From assembly GCA_963796285.1 (NCBI GenBank), contig CAWCKW010000012.1, forward strand, positions 1,760,001 through 1,824,000: 64,000 nucleotides of DNA, in the 5' to 3' direction. A program made the position numbers and the translations under genes. The stretch comes from Nitrospirota bacterium (GTDB lineage: Bacteria > Nitrospirota > UBA9217). Numbering within the stretch: position 1 is the first letter of the stretch; every line of letters starts with the position of its first letter. Below the pieces are notes generated by a model. The model made no database searches. It was given only the letters and a program-made list of their open reading frames with translations, and was not told the DNA's origin. Shown piece by piece: positions 1 through 10,230 of the stretch.

Positions 1-1
1 A

Positions 2-772
2 AAAAAGATCGGCGACACCATCACCACGATAGACGAAAATCTTCATGCCTATGAGATCAGCCAGGACGCCATCGCAAGCCGGTGGAAGAGCAAATTCGGA
101 CCCGACTTCTATGATATCCTCGCCCACCTCATCGAGGTGGACGCGCTCGACGCTGAATCGCGCCATCAGCTTCTTGACTACATCGGGTCCGCTCCATCCC
201 TGCGGGAAGAGACCATGCTCGACATCATCATGGAGATGGCGGGGAGCAGGGGGTATGACCGGGTCGTCTGGGACACCGCGCCTGCGGGTGAAACGCTCAA
301 CCTCCTCGGCATGCCGAAGAACATCAGGAAGCATCTCCGGGCCGGCGCAAAGGTCTACGAGGGACTGGACAGGATCGGGAAACAGCTCAGCGGAAAACGC
401 TCTATTGCGGGCATCATGGACGAGTGGACAGCATTGTCAGAAAAAATCAGTCGATTCATTCACGAGAAGTCAATGTTCGTTATCGTGGCAAATCCCGAGG
501 CCCTGGTGGTGAACCAGGCCCGCAGGCTCATGACGACCCTCCTGGAATACAATCTCACGGTCCACGGCATGATCATCAACCGTGTGATCGAACATCCTGA
601 TTCGGCATCACTTGCAGCGATCCGGGAAACTCAGAAAGGGCATATCGAGGAGCTGAGAAGGATGGCGGGAGAACGTACCGTTGTCACCCTCCCCTTTTCG
701 TTCAGCGAGATCACGGGAGTGAGACAGCTTCAGGATATCGGGAAAAGGCTCGCAGCCGGGCTCTCGCTGTAA
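2..772 (+). CDS. ArsA/GET3-family ATPase, 5'-truncated by window edge
   Basis: Frame is open from base 2 into ORF 137..772. Contains the ArsA signature WDTAPAGETL and a C-terminal NPE...IINRV pattern. Confidence 0.85.
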   Translation, partial: KKIGDTITTIDENLHAYEISQDAIASRWKSKFGPDFYDILAHLIEVDALDAESRHQLLDYIGSAPSLREETMLDIIMEMAGSRGYDRVVWDTAPAGETLNLLGMPKNIRKHLRAGAKVYEGLDRIGKQLSGKRSIAGIMDEWTALSEKISRFIHEKSMFVIVANPEALVVNQARRLMTTLLEYNLTVHGMIINRVIEHPDSASLAAIRETQKGHIEELRRMAGERTVVTLPFSFSEITGVRQLQDIGKRLAAGLSL

Positions 773-787
773 ACTGTTATCACGATG

Positions 788-1882
788 TTAGACGTTGAAC
801 CGGAACAGCATGATATCACCGTCCTTCACTACGTAGTCCTTGCCTTCGGAACGGAGCAGGCCCGCTGCCTTGATTGCCTGTTCGGTCTTCAGCCTCATCA
901 GGTCGTCAAAGTGGAAGACCTCCGCCCGAATGAACCCCTTTTCAAAATCCGAGTGTATCTTGCCCGCGGCCTGCGGCGCCTTGGTGCCTTTCGTAATGGT
1001 CCAGGCCCGCACTTCGTCCTTGCCTGCCGTGAAGTATGTCTGAAGTCCAAGAAGATCGTAGCCCGCACGAATCATCCGGTCAAGGCCCGATTCCTTGAGC
1101 CCCATGCCCGCGAGATACTCCTTGCGCTCCTCCAAAGGGAGTTGGGCAATCTCGCCCTCCACCTGACCCGAGATGACCACGATTTTGGCGCCCTCGATAT
1201 CCGCGATTGCCCGAACCGCGTCCACGAACGGGTTCGGCTTGTCCACCATGCCTTCGGCCACGTTCGCCACATAGAGCACCGGCTTGGCGGACAACAAAGA
1301 ATAGTTTTTAAGCCATACGGTCTCTTCTTCCGAATGGCTTGCGCGGCGGATGGGCTGGCCCTTCGCGAGCATATCCTTGATCCGGCGCATGAACTCCACT
1401 TCATCAACGGTCTTCTTGTCCGCTGTCTTGACCAGCTTCTCGGCCTTGTACAGCCGCTTCTCGATCGCGTCGAGGTCCGCGAGCATTAGTTCCGCCTCTA
1501 TCACTTCGATGTCCGCTTTCGGATCGACCTTGTTCGCAACGTGAATAACGTTCGGGTCTTCGAAACAGCGGACCACGTGCGCGATGGCGTCCACTTCGCG
1601 GATATTGGCGAGGAATTTGTTCCCGAGCCCCTCACCCTGGGAAGCGCCTTTGACGAGCCCGGCGATGTCCACGAACTCCATGTTCGTTGGCGTCACTTTT
1701 TTAGGTACATAGATCTCGGCCAGGCGGTCGAGCCGCTCGTCAGGCATGTCCACCACCCCAACGTTCGGATCAATGGTGGTGAAGGGATAGTTCGATGCCT
1801 GCGCGCCCGCGGAGGTGAGCGCGTTGAAGATGGTGGACTTGCCTACGTTCGGCAGTCCGACGATGCCGCAGTTGAAACCCAT
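788..1882 (-). CDS. ychF: Redox-regulated ATPase YchF (Obg family)
   Basis: [47 protein letters not shown] and C-terminal [19 protein letters not shown]. Confidence 0.97.
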   Translation of the reverse strand: MGFNCGIVGLPNVGKSTIFNALTSAGAQASNYPFTTIDPNVGVVDMPDERLDRLAEIYVPKKVTPTNMEFVDIAGLVKGASQGEGLGNKFLANIREVDAIAHVVRCFEDPNVIHVANKVDPKADIEVIEAELMLADLDAIEKRLYKAEKLVKTADKKTVDEVEFMRRIKDMLAKGQPIRRASHSEEETVWLKNYSLLSAKPVLYVANVAEGMVDKPNPFVDAVRAIADIEGAKIVVISGQVEGEIAQLPLEERKEYLAGMGLKESGLDRMIRAGYDLLGLQTYFTAGKDEVRAWTITKGTKAPQAAGKIHSDFEKGFIRAEVFHFDDLMRLKTEQAIKAAGLLRSEGKDYVVKDGDIMLFRFNV

Positions 1883-1944
1883 ACAGACTCCTTTTCGTGA
1901 ATCTGTATCGTAAATCAAAACGTTAATGCTCAGGTCAAAATATC

Positions 1945-2029
1945 ATCCACAGATTACGCTGATTTCACAGATTACATGCGAACCTGAATTGTACTTTAAA
2001 ATCTGCGTTCATCTGCGCAATCTGCGGAT
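1945..2029. repeat. Intergenic inverted element with periodic CACAGATT/AATCTGCG arms
   Basis: atccacagattacgctgatttcacagatt, then an AT-rich spacer, then aatctgcgttcatctgcgcaatctgcggat. Confidence 0.7.
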
Positions 2030-2091
2030 AGAACGTTTTTGCGTGTAACATACTTCAGGTTCCCGATATGCCGAATAGTTACTTCAAGACA

Positions 2092-2136
2092 ATAAAAAAC
2101 CCGGAGCTGTCGGAATGGTCCTTCAGGTCCGGGTTT
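2092..2136 (-). terminator. Probable intrinsic terminator after pth
   Basis: aaacccgga...tccgggttt stem followed by a T-tract on the minus strand. Confidence 0.55.
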
Positions 2137-2144
2137 CTGAATAC

Positions 2145-2708
2145 TTACTTCTGATTAACGATATTCATTGCCCGTGTGAAGCCTTCCGCGACAATGAGCC
2201 TGACAGCTTCCGCGGCCTTAGCAACGGCCTCTGAAGCGGCCGGGCGTTCTTCGGCAAGGAACGGGCTGAGCACATAATCCGCTGGGTCCATATTCAGAGC
2301 AGGCCTGCCGATCCCGATGCGGACCCGGATGAAGTCCGGCGATCCAAGATACTCGATGAGGGAACGGAGCCCGTTGTGGCCTCCGTGGCCGCCGCCGATC
2401 TTCACGCGCACGGTCCCGAGCGGAAGATCCAGTTCATCATGGATCACCATGAGATCGGGCACCGTCGCGTAAGTCCCTCTGAGAATCGCCGCCACAGCCC
2501 TGCCGCTTTCATTCATAAATGTCTGCGGCTTGGCAAGAACCGCGGACTCGGAATCGATCCGGGTTTTCCCGATCAGAGCGTGGTATTTATCCTGCGCAAC
2601 ATCAACATGCAGGTTGTTAGCAAGCTCGTCGAGAGCCATAAAGCCTGCGTTGTGGCGCGTACGTTCGTACTTTTTGCCCGGGTTGCCGAGCCCGACGATG
2701 ATCTTCAT
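2145..2708 (-). CDS. pth: Peptidyl-tRNA hydrolase
   Basis: IVGLGNPG...TRHNAGF, KPQTFMNESG, HDELD, GGHNGLRS. Confidence 0.97.
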   Translation of the reverse strand: MKIIVGLGNPGKKYERTRHNAGFMALDELANNLHVDVAQDKYHALIGKTRIDSESAVLAKPQTFMNESGRAVAAILRGTYATVPDLMVIHDELDLPLGTVRVKIGGGHGGHNGLRSLIEYLGSPDFIRVRIGIGRPALNMDPADYVLSPFLAEERPAASEAVAKAAEAVRLIVAEGFTRAMNIVNQK

Positions 2709-2737
2709 GCAATCCCCGGAGAACTACGCCCGATCCG

Positions 2738-3499
2738 TTACTTCTTCGGAGCAGCCTTGGGAGCGGCCGCAGCAGCCTTCGGAGCACCGGCCTTGGGAGC
2801 AGCTTCCTTGGCTCCTTCTTTGCCCTTCGCCTCGGTAGCTTCGCCCTCGGTCTTCGGCTTCTTAACGAGTTCGGGCTCTGCGCCCTCGGTCACCTCAGCT
2901 GGAGTCGTTGTCAACATGGCCTCGAGCTTGGCTTCCGATATCGGCGGCTGGATCGTCGCAACCGTGTTGTCGCCCTCGGTCAGGATCTTGACCCCTTCAG
3001 GCGCCGTGATGTCCCGCACATGGAGGGACTCGTTCACCTTGAGGTGCTCGATATTGACATCGATGAAATCGGGGATATGGGTCGGGAGACACTCGATCTC
3101 GAGATTACGCTGCCCATACTGGAAAATACCGCCCTCCTTCACACCGGCGGCCGTGCCACTGATATGGACCGCCACCTGGAGCTTAACCTTCTCGTTCATG
3201 GCGACTTCCATGAGATCAAGATGGATCAGTTTTCCGCTGATGGGGTCCACCTGGTAGTCCTTGATCAGTGCCAGCTTATCACCCGCGCTTTTTCCGCCCT
3301 CGAGCTTGAGGTTGATGAGTGCATGCTCTCCGCCTTCGGAGTTAAGGACCTTCGAGATGTCCTTATTGATCATCACGATGGGTGTGGACTTGCCGTGACT
3401 GTAGAGGACCGCCGGGACCTGTGCGTCCCTCCGCAATCCCCGGGCAACTCCCTTGCCCACCTTTTGTCTGACTTGAGCTGTTAATGCTATCCTTTTCAT
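2738..3499 (-). CDS. rplY: 50S ribosomal protein L25/Ctc (long form, Ala/Lys-rich tail)
   Basis: GKGVARGLRR..VPAVLY, YQVDPISGKLIHLDL; lies between prs and pth. Confidence 0.95.
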   Translation of the reverse strand: MKRIALTAQVRQKVGKGVARGLRRDAQVPAVLYSHGKSTPIVMINKDISKVLNSEGGEHALINLKLEGGKSAGDKLALIKDYQVDPISGKLIHLDLMEVAMNEKVKLQVAVHISGTAAGVKEGGIFQYGQRNLEIECLPTHIPDFIDVNIEHLKVNESLHVRDITAPEGVKILTEGDNTVATIQPPISEAKLEAMLTTTPAEVTEGAEPELVKKPKTEGEATEAKGKEGAKEAAPKAGAPKAAAAAPKAAPKK

Positions 3500-3532
3500 G
3501 TTTCCTCCGATACAAGTAATGAAACGTTATAC

Positions 3533-3555
3533 ATAACCCGGACAAACCGGAACCA
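3533..3555 (+). repeat. Copy of dispersed TAACCCGGACAAGCCGGAACC motif
   Basis: taacccggacaaaccggaaccaa. Related copies at ~15448, ~18103 (rev), ~28468, ~36321 (rev) and ~42531 (rev). Confidence 0.65.
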
Positions 3556-3673
3556 ACTTTTCCCTAAACTGCGCAACGACATAAAAACTTAAACCGCGTA
3601 CATGAGACTGCACACGCTGCATGAATTATTTCATGTTGTTGTTTCTTTGCGGCTGCTTTACGCTTGTATCCTC

Positions 3674-4625
3674 TTACACGAACAATGAGCTGAGCGATGT
3701 TTCCTCGTGGATCCTCTGTGATCGCGTCGGCAAGGAGCTGTGCCACGGAAAGCACCGTCAGCTTCTTGCATTCCTGCTGTTTACTGTCAAGCGCGATAGT
3801 GTTCGTCGTGATCAGCTCTTCGAGCGTCGATTCATTAACGCGCTTGATCGCCGGGCCCGAGAGCACCGCGTGCGAACAGGCCGCGCTGATCGTACCCGCC
3901 CCGTTGGCCTTGAGCGCGGCAGCGCCTTCGGTCAGCGTTCCGGCGGTGTCCACCATGTCGTCCAGCAGCAGGCAGTCATGCCCTTTAACATCGCCGATAA
4001 TGTGCATGACCTGCGCCTCGTTCGGTTTGTCCCGCCGCTTGTCAATGATCGCAAGCGCCGCATTGAGCCGCTTGGCGAATGCACGCGCCCGCTCCACGCC
4101 GCCGGCGTCGGGCGAAACGACGGTCAGATTGTTGAACTTCTTCGACCGAAGATACTCGAGGAGCACCGGTGCGGCAAACAGGTTGTCCACCGGGATATTG
4201 AAGAAGCCCTGTATCTGGCCCGCATGCAGGTCCACGGTAAGGACCCGGTTTGCGCCCGCGGTCGTGATCAGATCGGCCACGAGCTTGGATGTGATCGGGA
4301 CACGCGGCTGCACCTTCCGGTCCTGCCGGCTGTATCCGTAATAGGGGAGCACCGCTGTGATGCGGGTCGCCGACGCCCTCTTGAGCGCATCTATCATGAT
4401 CAGCAATTCCATGAGGTTCCGGTTCACCGGGCTCGCCGTGGGCTGTACGACGAAGACGTCCATGCCGCGCACGTTGTCCACGATCTGGACATTGATCTCG
4501 CCGTCGCTGAACCGGCCTACCAGCGCGTTCCCAAGCGGGATGCCCATCTTCTGGCAGATTTCCTTTGCCAGTGCCTGGTTTGCGTTACCCGAAAAAATCT
4601 TTATTTCCCGTGATCTCACCATCAT
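3674..4625 (-). CDS. prs: Ribose-phosphate pyrophosphokinase, 1-bp frameshift near 3719
   Basis: [44 protein letters not shown]. Removing one base restores the canonical end [16 protein letters not shown] (TAA at 3674-3676). Confidence 0.95.
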
Positions 4626-4650
4626 CTCATTCTTCCTCTTTTCCGAATAC

Positions 4651-4724
4651 TGGTTCGGGGACAGGGATTCGAACCCCGATAAAAGGCTTCAAAGGCCTCT
4701 GTCCTACCATTAGACGATCCCCGA
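4651..4724 (-). tRNA. tRNA-Gln(TTG)
   Basis: TCGGGGATCGTCTAATGGTAGGACAGAGGCCTTTGAAGCCTTTTATCGGGGTTCGAATCCCTGTCCCCGAACCA: cloverleaf, TTG anticodon, GTTCGAATC T-loop, encoded CCA; typical position upstream of prs. Confidence 0.96.
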
Positions 4725-4948
4725 TCAAAGGCCGACTCCGGGCCTGGCCACGGGCAGGATAAGCCCCGTTAGAGAACAACGGCGAAATGAAACAAGTCCT
4801 TTTGCCGACGAGAACTATCCAATCAAAGAGACGTTCAACCTGGACGAAAGCGGGCTGCATGCTCGAACGCGGTAAACATCAAAGGATAGGCAGGCGCCTA
4901 TCCTCTCGTATCAGATGCAGAATCGGCAATACGTATATCAATAGGTTC

Positions 4949-5251
4949 TTATCGCTCTTCGGAAACTTTCGGCGCTTGTTCCCGCTGTGTGGGATTGGCC
5001 AGCTCACTTTCGTATTCAGCAAGGACCTTCTTTTCTATCATCTGCCTCGTCTCGCTGTTCAGCGGATGGGCGATGTCCTTGAATGTCCCGTCCTTCATCT
5101 TGCGGCTCGGCATGGCCACAAACAATCCAGCGTTGCCGTTTATAACGCGCAGATCCCTGATCAGGAACACGTTGTCGATTGTTATGGTTGCATAGGCCTT
5201 GAGTCGCTCTTCATTATTGACCGGGAAAACCCTCACTTCCGTGATGTCCAT
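4949..5251 (-). CDS. spoVG: SpoVG family nucleic-acid-binding protein
   Basis: MDITEVRV...LKAYATITIDN...GLFVAMPSRK...FKDIAHPLN. Confidence 0.93.
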   Translation of the reverse strand: MDITEVRVFPVNNEERLKAYATITIDNVFLIRDLRVINGNAGLFVAMPSRKMKDGTFKDIAHPLNSETRQMIEKKVLAEYESELANPTQREQAPKVSEER

Positions 5252-5326
5252 AGACTCCCCTTCATACAGAAGACAGAAGAAGCGTGGTTATATGGTAGAT
5301 CCTGAATATCCCGGAACGACGTACAG

Positions 5327-6196
5327 CTATCCCGCATGAAACTCCGCGAGCGGTGATTCGGTCAATGTTTTCACAGGATAAAGCCTCCATCCCTCAGGGG
5401 AAAGGCCATCCGCGGCGGCCCGGCATGCGGTCTCGGTCTCAAATATGCCGAAGACCGTCGGTCCGCTTCCGCTCATGAGAGCGCCCACGGCCCCCCGGTC
5501 CAAAAGTGCGGCTTTGATCCTGTTGATCACCGGGTGAGCGGCCGCGGTAACGGACTCAAGATCGTTATGGAGCCCTAGGGCGATATTGCGGAGATTAAGC
5601 CTTGAGATTTTATTACAGCCAGCTTTTTTTGTCAACCTCAAATTTACATTATTGTAGACCCAGGCCGTGGAGGTCTCAAACCCCGGATTGACGAGTAAAA
5701 CCCGGAATTGCGTCAACGGGGGCAGTTCCGTGAGGATTTCTCCCCTCCCGCGGGCAATGGCCGTCGGCCCATAAAAGAAAAAAGGCACATCCATGCCGAT
5801 GCGGGCGCCGATCTCAGCCAGCCGGTCACGGTCAAGGTCCATGCCCAGCAGCCTGTTTGTTGCCGCGAGCACGGCCGCGGCATTGCCGCTCCCTCCACCG
5901 AGCCCCGCTGCGACCGGAATATTTTTTTTGATCTCGATAGCCAGGCCGGCCTTCTTACCGGAGATCCTGAGCATTTCCGCTGCCGCCTTCCATGCAATGT
6001 TCCCCTCCCCGGAGGGTACGGCACGGCTGTCACATCGCACGCTGATGCCCGTTCCGCCGATCGACACGGTCACCTCATCGAAGAGCCCCACCATCTGCAT
6101 CAGCATTTCCACGTCGTGGTATCCGTCCGGTCTCCTGCCGAGCACGGACAAACAGAGATTGATCTTCGCCGGAGACTGAAGCGTGATCGTGTTCAT
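5327..6196 (-). CDS. ispE: 4-diphosphocytidyl-2-C-methyl-D-erythritol kinase
   Basis: SPAKINLCL..RPDGYH, KNIPVAAGLGGGSGNAA, MSGSGPTVF. Confidence 0.95.
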   Translation of the reverse strand: MNTITLQSPAKINLCLSVLGRRPDGYHDVEMLMQMVGLFDEVTVSIGGTGISVRCDSRAVPSGEGNIAWKAAAEMLRISGKKAGLAIEIKKNIPVAAGLGGGSGNAAAVLAATNRLLGMDLDRDRLAEIGARIGMDVPFFFYGPTAIARGRGEILTELPPLTQFRVLLVNPGFETSTAWVYNNVNLRLTKKAGCNKISRLNLRNIALGLHNDLESVTAAAHPVINRIKAALLDRGAVGALMSGSGPTVFGIFETETACRAAADGLSPEGWRLYPVKTLTESPLAEFHAG

Positions 6197-6966
6197 GGTA
6201 CGTCTGCCCCCTGATCCGAAAGCGTAAACGCATCGTCAGTAATGGGCATATTCACATCCACTTCGGCGTACTCGATCGTGATCGTCACGCCCTTCGCGGG
6301 ATTCTCTATAATGATGGTCCTGGGCAAAAGAACATGCGATACTTCCTGCATGCGTTCATACCGTATCCGGTACACAAGTGTGTTCGACCGGTAAAGCTCT
6401 TCAACAGCGATCCTGACCGCCGCCGGCGTTGATGAAGGAGGCAGCACATGGATGCGCCGCACCGTGTCCGCCTCAGGCAGTTCGATCACGCAGGAGCTGT
6501 TCTGCGTGCAGAACACCCGTGCGTCCAAGGGCCGGGAGATCTCCGTGATCGTGCCGGAGAAGATGGCACAGAGGTCCTTAGCCTCCACGCTCATACCGAG
6601 AAGTTTCTCGATCCCGGCCTGTCCAGGTTTCATGATCCTGTCGTCGTCCTGCATGCGCAGCAACACGTCGTTGCCGTCCCATACAAGCGCGATGAGGGAC
6701 TGACCCAGGGGCCCGACGGCTTCCACCCGGAGCCTGCGCTGGGCGTCGAGCACGATACCCACTGTATCGAAAAAGCGTTTTTTCCCCCGCCTGACCACCT
6801 CAACGCTCGCGATCGCCCTAAGTCCGGTGAAGGACTGACGCTGCGCCTCCAACGCCCTGACGAGCGGACCGGCAGGGACCTCGGTCCCGGGAATCTCGGT
6901 TTTTTTAGGGAGACACGAGAACAGAAACAGCACAGCAATGAGGGCGATGAGTCGGCGGGACTTCAC
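6193..6966 (-). CDS. Lipoprotein, LolB-like/DUF4292-like fold
   Basis: Lipobox LFSC, LRVEAVGPLG motif; occupies the TPR-lolB-ispE position. Confidence 0.6.
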   Translation of the reverse strand: MKSRRLIALIAVLFLFSCLPKKTEIPGTEVPAGPLVRALEAQRQSFTGLRAIASVEVVRRGKKRFFDTVGIVLDAQRRLRVEAVGPLGQSLIALVWDGNDVLLRMQDDDRIMKPGQAGIEKLLGMSVEAKDLCAIFSGTITEISRPLDARVFCTQNSSCVIELPEADTVRRIHVLPPSSTPAAVRIAVEELYRSNTLVYRIRYERMQEVSHVLLPRTIIIENPAKGVTITIEYAEVDVNMPITDDAFTLSDQGADVP

Positions 6967-8711
6967 TTCTTTCCTTTTTTCCTCGGTTTCACGTCCTTGA
7001 GCAGGTCATCGGGATTCCCGAACCGTGCCTCCTTGAACTTCTTGCGGAGCTTTTGGTTCGTGGGATCGATCTCCAGGGCCTTGAGCCACTGAGTTCTGGC
7101 ATTGTCCTTTTGGGAAAGCTTCAGGTAAATGTCTCCGAGGTGCTCGCGCATCACGGGGTCCTCATCAATCTTCGCGACCGCCTTTTTCATGACATCCAGC
7201 GCCTCGTTCAGCATTCCCTTCTGATAATAGGCCCAGGCAAGGCTGTCGAGGATGTAGCCGTTATCGGGCTTGACCAGGAGCGCACGCTTGATGAGCTGTA
7301 TCGACTCGTCGAGGTTCTCTCCCTTTTCGGCATAGGAATAACCCAGGTAGTTCAAGGCGTCCGCGTCGTCCGGCTTGAGTTCGATCGTCTTTTTGAGCGT
7401 AGCAAGCATCTCGTCGCGCTTGCCCTGCTTTTCATATGCGATGGCCAGACTGAACAGCAGGTCGTCCCGGTCGGGCGCCATCTGAAATCCTCTGATCAAG
7501 GTATCAACGGCCTGCTGGTATTTTTCAACGTCCATATACGCATTGGCAAGATACAGGTACAGCTCCGGTTTCCCGGGCTGTTCGGCGAGGGCTTTCTCCA
7601 GAAGCGGTACGGCTTCCGCGGTCCTGCCCATCTGCGCATAAAGGTATGCGATCTGCAGGACCAGGTCAGTGTCCTCGGGCGCGGCTGACAGGAGGGCCTG
7701 ATATTCCGCGAGCGCCTCCTCATACCGTTCCACGGCCACCAGAGTTGAGGCAAGGTAACGCTTGACCCTCAGGTCCTTTGGCAAGGCGCGCGAAACGGTC
7801 TCGAATGCCTCCACGGCCTCTCCATACTTCTTCTGCTCGGCATAGATGAGGCCCATCTTGACAACAGCGTCATAGTTATTAGGATCCATGGCAATCACCC
7901 GTTTCAGCTGTTCCAGTGCTTCTGGAAGCGCGTTCTGCTGAATATAGAGCTGGGCGAGGTGCTGCTGGATTTCGGAGTTGTGGGGATTGAGCTCGATGGC
8001 TTTTTTATATGCCACGATGGCGTCCCCCACGTTGTCCATCAGCTCATAGACGAACGCCATGCCGATGTATGCCGGCTCGAAATCGTCCCGGATGGAGATC
8101 GAGCGTTTATATTCAGCCAGCGCTTCCTTATACATCTGCCGCTCTGTGTAGATCCGGCCGAGATAATAGGGTGACATGAGCAAGGCGGGATTGATTTTAT
8201 CGAGGGCATGGAATGTCTCTACCGCTTCATCGTAGCGCTTCATAGATGCGTACAGTGAACCAAGATAGAGGTAGGCGTCCTCCTGCTTCGGATTGGCCGC
8301 GATGACCTTGCGGTAGGTATTCACTGCATCGTCAAATTTCTTTTTGCCCGTATAGATGGTGGCAAGGATCATGAGCGGCTGCGGGTTGTCCGGCTGGAGC
8401 TCCGCCGCCTGCTGCGCAAAACGGGTTGCCTGGTCGAGTTCCCCCTTGCGGAGATAAAGGGACGCGAGAGAGATCGCGACTTCAGCCGCGATCGGATCCA
8501 GCCGGAACGCTTCTTCATATTCCTCTATGGCAGCATCGAACGCTCCACCCTCTTCGGCGATACTGCCGCGCATAAAATGGTAATAGGCATCGGCCTGGGT
8601 ACGTTCTTCGGAGCTCATCCTGGCGGATGCGGTTTCAGGCATCCTGACGGAAAACCCGGCGCAGGAAGAAACAAAAAGGGACAAGGAAAGAATCAATAAG
8701 ATCTTTTTCAT
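6963..8711 (-). CDS. Tetratricopeptide-repeat lipoprotein
   Basis: Lipobox VSSC, many TPRs, ALNYLGYSYA and ILDSLAWAYYQ motifs. Confidence 0.88.
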   Translation of the reverse strand: MKKILLILSLSLFVSSCAGFSVRMPETASARMSSEERTQADAYYHFMRGSIAEEGGAFDAAIEEYEEAFRLDPIAAEVAISLASLYLRKGELDQATRFAQQAAELQPDNPQPLMILATIYTGKKKFDDAVNTYRKVIAANPKQEDAYLYLGSLYASMKRYDEAVETFHALDKINPALLMSPYYLGRIYTERQMYKEALAEYKRSISIRDDFEPAYIGMAFVYELMDNVGDAIVAYKKAIELNPHNSEIQQHLAQLYIQQNALPEALEQLKRVIAMDPNNYDAVVKMGLIYAEQKKYGEAVEAFETVSRALPKDLRVKRYLASTLVAVERYEEALAEYQALLSAAPEDTDLVLQIAYLYAQMGRTAEAVPLLEKALAEQPGKPELYLYLANAYMDVEKYQQAVDTLIRGFQMAPDRDDLLFSLAIAYEKQGKRDEMLATLKKTIELKPDDADALNYLGYSYAEKGENLDESIQLIKRALLVKPDNGYILDSLAWAYYQKGMLNEALDVMKKAVAKIDEDPVMREHLGDIYLKLSQKDNARTQWLKALEIDPTNQKLRKKFKEARFGNPDDLLKDVKPRKKGKK

Positions 8712-8874
8712 GATTGTAAGTCTAATCGAACGAATAGTGTGTGTCAAGGAGACCGTCCTCTGATTGATGTGTCATTATTTTTTTAAAGCTGTTCAGTTCT
8801 GTATGAGACAAGGCAGTACGTTGAGAGCAAAAAGAGACAAGCTGCGGATACTGTTTTGGCCTGAGCAGATATAA

Positions 8875-9663
8875 TTATCGTTTAGTCCACTCTTTGTTAT
8901 TCGACATGAGCTGCTTCACGCGCGCCAGGCTTGTCTCAATATCCTCTTTATCGTGTGCTTCAATAGTAAAAACCGGCATCGGGGCATGAGCGTTCATCAG
9001 GCTGAAAAATTTTTCAAAATTAATGGTGCCCCGCCCCAGGGCCCAATGCGAGTCTGCCTTCCCATCGTTATCATGCAAATGGACCTCCACCAGATGGCGT
9101 CCTAAAGACTCAAACCATTGCTCCATCGTGACCTTGGAAAATAGATTGAAATGGCCTGTATCGAAACAGAACCCGAATTCCGTGCTGTCGATCTTCTCGA
9201 TGAGCATCTGAAGCGCCTCCGGATCTTCATCGAACACATTCTCGACAGCGACGCGCAGTCCGACTTTGGAGGCCGTGTCCATGACCTTCTGCCAGGTATC
9301 AATGCTGTTTTCGAGCCAGATGTCCTTCCTTCCGCTGTAACGCCACCGGTCGTAGGCAGCATGGAACACGGCAACGCGCGGTTTGAGAATGGCCGCGACG
9401 TTCAGGAGCTGTCGGAAACGCACCTGCGTCACCGACCGCACCATGGGATCCATGGCGCCGGGGTTCATGTCCATGAACGGCGCGTGGAGCGTCAATTTTG
9501 GACCCCAGTCAAGGCGCTCGATCAGCTTCTCGAGGTCCTGCCTCTCGATCTGGTCGAGGACTGCGGCGGAAAGATAGATCTCGAGGTCGTAGCGGCGCTT
9601 GCGCAACATCTCGAGATAGTCCTTCAGCTTTGGATAAGGAATGTGGATGTGTATGGGTTCCAT
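8875..9663 (-). CDS. Sugar phosphate isomerase/epimerase family (xylose isomerase-like TIM barrel)
   Basis: LHAPF, VENVF, CFDTGH, HLHDNDG..DSH..LG.G. Confidence 0.85.
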   Translation of the reverse strand: MEPIHIHIPYPKLKDYLEMLRKRRYDLEIYLSAAVLDQIERQDLEKLIERLDWGPKLTLHAPFMDMNPGAMDPMVRSVTQVRFRQLLNVAAILKPRVAVFHAAYDRWRYSGRKDIWLENSIDTWQKVMDTASKVGLRVAVENVFDEDPEALQMLIEKIDSTEFGFCFDTGHFNLFSKVTMEQWFESLGRHLVEVHLHDNDGKADSHWALGRGTINFEKFFSLMNAHAPMPVFTIEAHDKEDIETSLARVKQLMSNNKEWTKR

Positions 9664-9669
9664 CAGGGC

Positions 9670-9957
9670 TCAGCCTTTGGACGGACACGTACCCGCGCAG
9701 GTACCCGCAGCACAGCCGGTTGCAGGCTTTGGCTCCTCTTTGGGTTTCTCCGAAGCATTTCCCGCCTTTCGGTCGTCCGACGGGTAATCCGACGCATACC
9801 AGCCACTCCCCTTAAGCACGAACGCCGGCGTGGAAAGTACCTTGTGGATATTCGGGGCATTGCACAACGCACATATGGTGAGATCTGGATCGCTGAATTT
9901 CCGGACAGCCTCAAAACGACCCCCACAGCTTCCGCATTTGTATTCATAAACCGGCAT
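9670..9957 (-). CDS. FmdB-family zinc-ribbon protein
   Basis: MPVYEYKCGSCG...CALC...FVLKGSGWYASDY; GGAGG RBS upstream. Confidence 0.88.
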   Translation of the reverse strand: MPVYEYKCGSCGGRFEAVRKFSDPDLTICALCNAPNIHKVLSTPAFVLKGSGWYASDYPSDDRKAGNASEKPKEEPKPATGCAAGTCAGTCPSKG

Positions 9958-10230
9958 ATTACACCTCCACACAATGGAAAGAATTAGAACATGTATTATA
10001 AACAATGGGGCCAATAAAAACAAGCGTTTTCGAGGGATATAGCCTTTGCAGTGTTTTCAATGTGCCTTCCTTCGTGCCTTTGCGCCGTCGTGAGAACAGT
10101 TGACTTCATACGAGATCATTAACTATTTGACATCCTTGAAGGTTTAATCAGGAATCTGCTTTTCAGCCTTGGCGCAAACAGCGGTAGGAACTTGAGTCAA
10201 AAGGATACCCCATTTCTGCCTTTCCGCAAT

